A DNA stretch of 64,000 nucleotides from an uncultured Clostridium sp. (GTDB taxonomy: Bacteria; Bacillota; Clostridia; Lachnospirales; Lachnospiraceae), in contig CALELW010000112.1 in assembly GCA_937902905.1 (NCBI GenBank), positions 1,909 to 65,908 of the forward strand. The letters are read 5' to 3'. Positions 56,564-64,000 of the stretch are shown piece by piece (the first letter of the stretch is position 1; the number at the start of each line of letters is the position of its first letter). A program made the position numbers and the translations under genes. The notes under the pieces are model-generated. The model was not told where the DNA came from and did not search any database. It saw only the letters and a list, made by a program, of their open reading frames with translations.

Positions 56564-57667
56564 ATGAAACATTTAGAACTTGGCTTTGTCGGATTTGGAC
56601 TCATTGGCGGTTCCATCGCAAGAGCACTTAAAAAACAAAATGAGGATGTGTCCATACACGTCTATTCCAGAAGAAAAAATCCGGCACTTGATGAGGGCAT
56701 GGCGGAAGGAATCATTGATTCTATCTGGTATGAAATCGATGAGCGTTTTTCCACCTGCGACATTATTTTTCTCTGTGCGCCGGTTCTAAAAAACACAGAC
56801 TATCTGCCCGTTTTAAAGCCGCTGTTGAAGCCTGGCTGCATCCTTACCGATGTCGGAAGCGTAAAGGGAAATATCTGTAAAAAAGCAGCCGAACTTGGAC
56901 TTGGCCGTCAGTTTATCGGCGGACACCCAATGGCTGGTTCCGAAAAAACGGGGTATGAAAATTCCACCGATATTTTGTTGGAAAATGCATACTATTTATT
57001 GACACCATTTGAGGAGACACCGATAGAAAACTTGTCTCTGTTAAAAGAACTGGTAGCAAAAACCGGTGCAAACTGTGTCGTTTTATCACCATCGGAACAT
57101 GATAAAATTACTGCTGCCATCAGCCATGTGCCGCACATTATCGCCGTTTCCCTGGTTAATATGGTTCGCACAAGTGACAACGAGGAGCAGAATATGAAGG
57201 CGTTTGCCGCCGGCGGCTTCAAAGATATTACAAGAATTGCCTCGTCCTCTCCACAAATGTGGCAGGATATTTGCTTAGCAAACAGCGAAAGCATTGATTA
57301 TTTTCTCTCTCATTTTGAAAAGCAGATTGAAGATTTCCGCCACATGATAGCAGAAAAAGACGGAGCTTCCATTCAGGATGAATTTCACACGGCAGGAGAC
57401 TACAGGGATTCCATACCGGCAAAGAAAAGCAGTGTAATTGCCCGTTCGTATGATTTATTCATAAACATCGATGACCGCGCCGGTGCCATTGCCACAATCG
57501 CCACGATTCTGTCAGTGAACGGCATCAGCATCAAAAATATCGGCATCATTCATAACCGTGAATATGTAGATGGTGTTATGAAACTGGAACTTTACAAAGA
57601 AGAAGACGAGAAAAAAGCAAGAGAGCTTTTAATCCAGAATCGATATGACATTGTGGATAGGGATTAA
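56564..57667 (+). CDS. tyrA: Prephenate dehydrogenase with ACT domain
   Basis: GFGLIGGS, DVGSVK, GGHPMAGSE, SHVPH, DITRIA. Confidence 0.93.
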   Translation: MKHLELGFVGFGLIGGSIARALKKQNEDVSIHVYSRRKNPALDEGMAEGIIDSIWYEIDERFSTCDIIFLCAPVLKNTDYLPVLKPLLKPGCILTDVGSVKGNICKKAAELGLGRQFIGGHPMAGSEKTGYENSTDILLENAYYLLTPFEETPIENLSLLKELVAKTGANCVVLSPSEHDKITAAISHVPHIIAVSLVNMVRTSDNEEQNMKAFAAGGFKDITRIASSSPQMWQDICLANSESIDYFLSHFEKQIEDFRHMIAEKDGASIQDEFHTAGDYRDSIPAKKSSVIARSYDLFINIDDRAGAIATIATILSVNGISIKNIGIIHNREYVDGVMKLELYKEEDEKKARELLIQNRYDIVDRD

Positions 57668-57670
57668 CAC

Positions 57671-58564
57671 CTATCCACAAAAATAAGTAATTGCCTGCGG
57701 ATGATTTTGAATCACCGCTTTTTTATGTTTTCCACCATTTTCCCCATCCAGCGTATACGCTAGTGCTTCCTTACAGCTGATTTCCACATGGGAACTGTGT
57801 ATCACTTTCACCTGCGAATTTGCTTTTCCATGCAGCAAAAATGCCATCACCTGATTTAATTCAATCGGATTTTTCGGTGTTTTCACAAAAATACCATCAA
57901 GCAGTCCATCTTTTAAACTGACACTATTTTTCTTGTATAATTTTAATCCTGCTACCGATTTTGCATTTGTCACCATACCAAGAATACAATCCTGCTCCCA
58001 AGTTTCCAAATCCGTCTGCACCTTTATATGATAACTTTTGGTCTTTCCCAATTTTACCGCACCATCTAAAATATAGGCGGTCTTTCCAAACAAGTTTTTC
58101 GTAGCCTGCGGTGTTTCGTAAGAGACCGAGGTAAAAGCTCCAAATGCCGCCACATAGGAAAAGAAATTGCCGTTCATGTCACCGACATCATAAGCGCCTT
58201 TTTTGTCTCCCACCGCAATCTGCGCACAGGGAATCACTCGTTTTGGCAGCCGGATACTATTTGCAAAATCATTCACTGTTCCTGTTGGAATATAACCGCA
58301 GGCCGGACGCATATCGGGTGGCAGAGCCATCAAACCATGAATCACCTCATGCAGTGTACCATCGCCGCCGCTGCATATCACACGGTCACAGCCAATTCCC
58401 TTTTGTATAATAAATTCGGCTGCATCACCCGCTTTCTGTGTTGCCGCAATCGAAACGTCCCACTGTCTTTTCATCATCAAATCTATGATATCGGCAAGTT
58501 TGTTCCGCAAAGTCCCCTTTCCGGCGCGCGGATTATAAACGAATAATACCTTTTCTTTTTCCAT
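57671..58564 (-). CDS. Diacylglycerol/lipid kinase family (YegS/DagK-like)
   Basis: NPRAG, GGDGTLHEV, PTGTVNDFA, DGE. Confidence 0.9.
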   Translation of the reverse strand: MEKEKVLFVYNPRAGKGTLRNKLADIIDLMMKRQWDVSIAATQKAGDAAEFIIQKGIGCDRVICSGGDGTLHEVIHGLMALPPDMRPACGYIPTGTVNDFANSIRLPKRVIPCAQIAVGDKKGAYDVGDMNGNFFSYVAAFGAFTSVSYETPQATKNLFGKTAYILDGAVKLGKTKSYHIKVQTDLETWEQDCILGMVTNAKSVAGLKLYKKNSVSLKDGLLDGIFVKTPKNPIELNQVMAFLLHGKANSQVKVIHSSHVEISCKEALAYTLDGENGGKHKKAVIQNHPQAITYFCG

Positions 58565-58576
58565 AAAAATCCCTCA

Positions 58577-59617
58577 CTAATCGTCTAATATAATCATTGC
58601 ATCTCCAAACGAGAAGAATCGGTATTTCTCCTGCACCGCCTCTTCATACACACGCATAACCTGCTCTTTTCCGGCAAGTGCAGAAACAAGCATTAAAAGA
58701 GTAGATTCCGGCAAATGAAAATTCGTAATCAGCACATCCATCATTTTGAAAGAATAGCCCGGATAAATGAAAATATCGGTATCGCCCTGTCCCGGCTTAA
58801 GCACACCATTTTCATCGGCAGCCGATTCAATCGTCCGGCAGCTTGTCGTTCCCACGCAGACAATCCGTCCACCGGCCTGTTTTGCCTTGTTGATTTTATC
58901 TGCCTCTTCTTTTGTTACCTGATAAAATTCAGTATGCATATGGTGCTTCGACACATCATCGACTTTTACCGGTCTGAATGTACCAAGCCCGACATGCAGC
59001 GTAACATTTGCCACAAGCACTCCTTTTTCCTCTAATTTTTGAAAAAGTTCCTCCGTAAAATGAAGCCCTGCCGTTGGGGCTGCTGCCGACCCTTCGTATT
59101 TTGCATAAACGGTCTGATAACGGTTCTTATCTTTCAATGTATGCGTAATATACGGCGGAAGTGGCATCTGTCCAAGTTGATCTAAAATCTCCTCAAAAAT
59201 CCCCTCATATTGAAACTGAATCAAACGGTTTCCATCCTCTTTAACATCAATAATTTCTCCCGTCAAAATTCCATCTCCAAAAGAAATCACGGCTCCTTTA
59301 CGCGCTTTTTTCCCCGGTTTTACAAGAGTTTCCCAAACATCATTCTCCATGCGTTTGAGAAGCAGAAGTTCAATTGTTGCCCCGGTATCCACTCTGGTTC
59401 CGTATAATCTTGCCGGAATTACTTTCGTATTATTCCGCACCAAACAGTCTCCCGGCTTCAAATACTCTACAATATCCGTAAACACTCTATGCTCCACGCG
59501 TCCGGATTTCCGATGCAGCACTAAAAGTCTTGATGAACTTCTGTCCTCAAGCGGATCCTGCGCAATCAATTCTTTTGGTAAATCATAATAAAAATCACTT
59601 GTTTTCAACCGTCTCAT
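58577..59617 (-). CDS. queA: SAM:tRNA ribosyltransferase-isomerase
   Basis: [36 protein letters not shown]. Confidence 0.97.
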   Translation of the reverse strand: MRRLKTSDFYYDLPKELIAQDPLEDRSSSRLLVLHRKSGRVEHRVFTDIVEYLKPGDCLVRNNTKVIPARLYGTRVDTGATIELLLLKRMENDVWETLVKPGKKARKGAVISFGDGILTGEIIDVKEDGNRLIQFQYEGIFEEILDQLGQMPLPPYITHTLKDKNRYQTVYAKYEGSAAAPTAGLHFTEELFQKLEEKGVLVANVTLHVGLGTFRPVKVDDVSKHHMHTEFYQVTKEEADKINKAKQAGGRIVCVGTTSCRTIESAADENGVLKPGQGDTDIFIYPGYSFKMMDVLITNFHLPESTLLMLVSALAGKEQVMRVYEEAVQEKYRFFSFGDAMIILDD

Positions 59618-59781
59618 CCTCTCTGTTTTTCTGTTCCCCTATTGTAGCACATGCGATGACGGTTTTCAATTCTCGAATTTTACATAAAATTTACGTAAAA
59701 ATCAGATAAATACGTCTTTCCATTTTTGCAAATTCATTGTAAAATAGAAACAAAGAAATTGGTTTCAGAATGGAGGTATTT

Positions 59782-61296
59782 ATGGCTTCTACAACTTATG
59801 CGGCAATTCATGTCGGATCAAATGAATTATGTATGAAAATATATGAAATGTCCCGTCAGAATGGAATTCGTCAGCTCACTTATGTACGTCACCCGCTCAG
59901 TCTTGGTGCGGAATCGTACACCGAAGGAGTCATTTCCTATCAGACACTTACAGAAATCTGTAACACACTAAACGATTTCAAACGGATTATGACAGAATTT
60001 CATACTGACAGCTGGGACGTCTGTGCCACCAGTGCAATGCGCGAGGCAAAAAATGTTTTAGTTGTCACCGACCAGATAAAAATCCAGACCGGATTCAAAG
60101 TAAAACTTTTCAGTAACAGCGAAGCAAGATTCCTTTACTTCAAAGGAATGGTTCACAATGAAAAACAATTTGAACCACTCAGTGAAGAAGGATGTCTGGT
60201 TCTCGATATTGGTGCCGGCAGTGTCCAGCTCTCTCTTTTTCAGAACGGGCATCTGCAGCTGACACAAAACCTTTTACTTGGTTCTTCGCGTATTCAGGAA
60301 CTGCTCTATGCAATGCAGGATGAAGCCTATGACTACGATGCGTTGATTGATGAATACATCGAAAAAGATTTGGCTTTATTTAAACGACTGAATTTAGATA
60401 AAAAAGAGATTCACTGCATTTTGGCAGCTGGTGAAATGATTCCGGAAACCTACTACCACATGAAAGAAGCAAAAAAAGACTTTGAGGGCTTTTTGCCGGA
60501 TAAAATATTTACCAAAAAGAAAATGCTAAAATTAATGGGAAATATCCATGCACAGTCACTTCTTCCTACTTTGCTTTTGATACGCAAAATTACACAACTT
60601 ACGGATTGCCAGAATGTCCTTCTCTCTCCGATTAATCTTTGTGATGGATTGGCTGCTGATTATGCAGAGAGAAAACTCCGCCTTTCCTGCGGGCATGATT
60701 TTACAGAGGATATTCTCAGTGCTTCAAGAAATGTGGCGCAGAAATACGAAGTTGACTTAAACCACATCGATACCGTGCAGACTCTGGCACTCCAGATTTT
60801 TGACCGAATCAAAAAAATACACGGTCTTGGGAAACGTGAGCGTCTGCTTTTACAACTCGGCGTCATTCTTCACGGCTGTGGTGCCTATATCAATGCACTG
60901 CACGCAAGAGAATGTTCCTATCACATTCTTTTGTCAACGGAGATTATCGGAATCTCTCACAAAGAACGTCTCATCGTTGCCAATATGATTCGCTACAACG
61001 ATGAATCTTTTCCTTCCTTTGAGGAATTGGACGGTGATTTTTCAAGAGAAGAATATATTACAATCGTAAAATTGAATGCGATTTTAAAAATTGCTAATGT
61101 ATTAGACAAAAGCAATCGTCAGAAAATTAAAAATGTCGGTGTATCCGAGCGAAATGGAATACTGACAATCACGGCGGACACCATGGCGGATATCACCTTG
61201 GAAAAAGGCCTCTTCTTACATAAAGCAGATGTCTTTGAGGAGGTCTTTGGTATCCGGCCGGTACTAAAACAAAAACGAACAGGAAAGCGAGGATGA
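59782..61296 (+). CDS. ppx: Ppx/GppA-family exopolyphosphatase
   Basis: VGSN, ATSAMREA, DIGAGS; C-terminal HD-like domain; upstream of ppk. Confidence 0.85.
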   Translation: MASTTYAAIHVGSNELCMKIYEMSRQNGIRQLTYVRHPLSLGAESYTEGVISYQTLTEICNTLNDFKRIMTEFHTDSWDVCATSAMREAKNVLVVTDQIKIQTGFKVKLFSNSEARFLYFKGMVHNEKQFEPLSEEGCLVLDIGAGSVQLSLFQNGHLQLTQNLLLGSSRIQELLYAMQDEAYDYDALIDEYIEKDLALFKRLNLDKKEIHCILAAGEMIPETYYHMKEAKKDFEGFLPDKIFTKKKMLKLMGNIHAQSLLPTLLLIRKITQLTDCQNVLLSPINLCDGLAADYAERKLRLSCGHDFTEDILSASRNVAQKYEVDLNHIDTVQTLALQIFDRIKKIHGLGKRERLLLQLGVILHGCGAYINALHARECSYHILLSTEIIGISHKERLIVANMIRYNDESFPSFEELDGDFSREEYITIVKLNAILKIANVLDKSNRQKIKNVGVSERNGILTITADTMADITLEKGLFLHKADVFEEVFGIRPVLKQKRTGKRG

Positions 61297-61300
61297 TGAT

Positions 61301-63361
61301 ATGACCCAAAGCGAACGATTTACCAACCGCGAGTTAAGCTGGTTAGCCTTTAACAAGCGTGTTTTGTCCGAGGCGAAAGACAACCATCTTCCGTTGATGG
61401 AACGATTAAAATTTTTAAGCATTACCGCCTCCAATCTGGATGAATTTTTCATGGTCCGCGTTGCCTCTCTGAAAGACCAGGTAAATGCCGGTTACACAAA
61501 AAAAGATATTGCCGGTATGACCAGTAAAGAACAGATTGATGCGATTTTGAAAGAAACGCACAAATTTACAACGGCTCAATATAATACCTACAACCGTTCT
61601 TTTCTTCCTTCACTGAAGAAGAATGGTTTGAAAATCGTCACAGAATTTGAAAAATTAACGGAAGAACAAGCAGACTATGTTGACAACTATTTTCAGAAAG
61701 AAGTTTTCCCTGTCCTCACTCCGATGGCTGTGGATTCTTCCAGACCTTTTCCGTTAATCCGCAACCGCTCGCTTAACATCGGAGCGTTGTTGATGGATAA
61801 AAAGAAAAAGGGAACCATTGATTTTGCCACTGTGCAGGTTCCATCCGTTCTGCCGCGCGTTGTCACAATTCCGACCGATGGCGATAACTGCACTACTGTA
61901 ATCCTTTTAGAGCAGATTATCGAAAAGAACATTCAAAAACTATTTTTGAATTACAAAGTTCTTTGTCAGGCTCCATTCCGTGTAATGCGAAATGCTGACC
62001 TCTCCATCGACGAAGATGAGGCAGCAGACCTTTTAATTGAAATTGAGAAACAGTTGAAGAAACGCCAGTGGGGCGAGGCCATCCGCTTGGAAGTCGAAGA
62101 CAACATGGATAAACGGTTGTTAAAGACACTGCGAAAAGAATTAAATTTAAGTGAAGATGCCATTTTCAAAATTAATGGTCCTCTTGACCTGACTTTTTTA
62201 ATGAAAGTATATGACATCGAAGGTTTTGACCATTTAAAAGAGCCAAAATATATACCACAGCAGCCAAAAATGCTGGATGCCTCAAGAGATTTATTTGAAC
62301 AGATACGGGAACATGACATTTTGCTTCATCACCCATATGAATCCTTTGACCCGGTTGTCAATTTTGTAAAAAAGGCTGCAAGCGACCCAAATGTACTTGC
62401 GATTAAGCAGACACTTTACCGTGTCAGCAGCCATTCGCCGATTATTGCTTCTTTGGCGCAGGCAGCAGAAAATGGGAAACAGGTGTCTGTGCTCGTTGAA
62501 TTAAAAGCACGTTTTGATGAGGAAAATAATATCGTGTGGGCCAAGAAGTTAGAGAAGGCCGGGTGCCATGTTATCTATGGACTAGTCGGCTTAAAAACTC
62601 ACAGCAAAATTACACTTGTTGTCCGCAAAGAGGAAGACGGCATCCGCCGTTATGTCCATTTGGGAACCGGAAACTATAACGACTCCACCGCCAAACTCTA
62701 CACCGATATGGGTATGTTTACAAGCAAAACCCGCTACGGAGAAGACGCCACGGCAGTCTTTAATATGCTCTCCGGTTATTCCGAGCCGCTTGTATGGAAC
62801 AAACTGTCCTTAGCCCCTCTGTGGCTGCGCGGCAAGTTTTTATCCTTGATTGAGCGTGAAAAAGAACATGCAAAAAATGGACACCCGGCAAGAATTATCG
62901 CAAAGATGAATTCCTTGTGTGACCCGGGAATTATTGAAGCACTCTATGATGCCAACGAGGCAGGTGTGGAAATCGATTTGATTGTGCGCGGCATCTGCTG
63001 TCTGCGTGCCGGAATCAAAGGCTTAAGCGAACATATCCGCGTGCGCTCCATCGTCGGCACCTTTTTGGAACATTCCCGCATTTTCTACTTTGAAAACAAC
63101 GGAAATGCCGAATATTATATGGGAAGCGCTGACTGGATGCCAAGAAACTTAGACAAACGTGTAGAAATCTTATTCCCGGTTGAAGACCCGGTATTGCAGG
63201 AAGAGATTTACCACATTTTGCACATGCAGCTCTCGGATACAAAAAAAGCCCACCTTCTCATGCCGGATGGACACTATGTGAAGGTAGACCAGCGAGGAAA
63301 AACTCCTCTGAATTCACAGCTGTATTTCTGCGAAGAAGCAATGGCAAACGCTAAAAAATAA
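61301..63361 (+). CDS. ppk1: Polyphosphate kinase 1
   Basis: NRELSWL, NLDEFFMVRV, HHPYESF, ELKARFDE, KTHSK, GSADWM. Confidence 0.97.
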   Translation: MTQSERFTNRELSWLAFNKRVLSEAKDNHLPLMERLKFLSITASNLDEFFMVRVASLKDQVNAGYTKKDIAGMTSKEQIDAILKETHKFTTAQYNTYNRSFLPSLKKNGLKIVTEFEKLTEEQADYVDNYFQKEVFPVLTPMAVDSSRPFPLIRNRSLNIGALLMDKKKKGTIDFATVQVPSVLPRVVTIPTDGDNCTTVILLEQIIEKNIQKLFLNYKVLCQAPFRVMRNADLSIDEDEAADLLIEIEKQLKKRQWGEAIRLEVEDNMDKRLLKTLRKELNLSEDAIFKINGPLDLTFLMKVYDIEGFDHLKEPKYIPQQPKMLDASRDLFEQIREHDILLHHPYESFDPVVNFVKKAASDPNVLAIKQTLYRVSSHSPIIASLAQAAENGKQVSVLVELKARFDEENNIVWAKKLEKAGCHVIYGLVGLKTHSKITLVVRKEEDGIRRYVHLGTGNYNDSTAKLYTDMGMFTSKTRYGEDATAVFNMLSGYSEPLVWNKLSLAPLWLRGKFLSLIEREKEHAKNGHPARIIAKMNSLCDPGIIEALYDANEAGVEIDLIVRGICCLRAGIKGLSEHIRVRSIVGTFLEHSRIFYFENNGNAEYYMGSADWMPRNLDKRVEILFPVEDPVLQEEIYHILHMQLSDTKKAHLLMPDGHYVKVDQRGKTPLNSQLYFCEEAMANAKK

Positions 63362-63938
63362 CGCTTTTTGCCAGTTCATCCGCAAGGTCATTGTACTCAT
63401 CTCCGGAATGTCCTTTGACCTTTTGAAAATGAATGATTAGTTTATCCTTTAGGGAATCAAAGTACGCTTTATAGGCTTTGGTTCCCTCTTTATTTGTTTT
63501 CCATTCTCCGGTACACCATGAAGCAATCCCCTGATAATCATGGACAATCGTAAGGCTTTTTGCCCCCTGTTCAACCGCCATCTTCATTGCCACCTGTGCT
63601 CCGAGAATTTCGCCTGCCACATTCCGCATAGCAGCAAGTTCTGAGTCGGTTCCTTTTTCACAATACTCTGTTTTTTCCCCTTCAAAAAAGAACACGACAC
63701 CGCAGCTGTACTCACCGGTCTCGACATTGTAACTTCCATCTACATAGGCAAGTGCTTCATCTTCTATCTTATTCTCTTTCGTATTATTTCCTAGAAAAGC
63801 TTCCGCTTCTTCTTTTGTCGGAAAACTTTTAAAAGATGCATTCGCAAAACCATCTACCTGTGCCTTGCACGCATCCCAGCTTGTATAGATTCCCGGCGTT
63901 CTCCCGGCTCTCACTGCATAAAATTTTTTCTTTGCCAT
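63351..63938 (-). CDS. rnhA: Ribonuclease HI with N-terminal hybrid-binding (viroplasmin) domain
   Basis: KFYAVRAGRTPGIY; YVDGS, RNVAGE, HDY, KVKGHSG, ADELA. Confidence 0.9.
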   Translation of the reverse strand: MAKKKFYAVRAGRTPGIYTSWDACKAQVDGFANASFKSFPTKEEAEAFLGNNTKENKIEDEALAYVDGSYNVETGEYSCGVVFFFEGEKTEYCEKGTDSELAAMRNVAGEILGAQVAMKMAVEQGAKSLTIVHDYQGIASWCTGEWKTNKEGTKAYKAYFDSLKDKLIIHFQKVKGHSGDEYNDLADELAKSVIF

Positions 63939-64000
63939 CTTATTCTCCCTCTTTTAATTGGTTGATTTCATTTTCTGTCAATTTGCGGTATTCTCCCGGT

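Noticed and set aside
57652..57679. TGTGGATAGG/CCTATCCACA hairpin formed by the ends of tyrA and the lipid kinase gene
   Set aside because: Ordinary compact terminator-like stem between convergent genes

Overview
Low-GC Firmicute chromosome segment (Lachnospiraceae-like by gene content, an inference). Housekeeping genes (serS, lgt, proS, acpP-fabD-fabG-fabF-fabZ, tRNA-Thr, htpG on the left; pepD, tyrA, queA, ppx-ppk1, rnhA on the right) flank an apparently complete ~34 kb siphovirus-type prophage (17475-51549) bounded by a 26-bp direct repeat. The most striking observation is that the attachment core is most of the CIRCE (HrcA operator) of htpG and also the last codons of the upstream host gene, so the phage integrates into a heat-shock operator and preserves both functions. 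The prophage is permuted: attR-lysis-HNH-collagen genes-packaging-head-tail, then a central immunity region, then an early operon ending in Tn916-like xis-int at attL. It has no recognisable helicase/loader/primase but encodes an HUH rolling-circle-type Rep with a predicted antisense RNA in its leader. It also carries a PcfK/PcfJ pair, an orphan type I methyltransferase with a half-size S subunit, a tRNA(CAT), and micro-peptide genes where cro would be expected. On the host side, a GlgX-like protein has lost all three GH13 catalytic residues. All calls come from motif reading by eye; no database searches were run.
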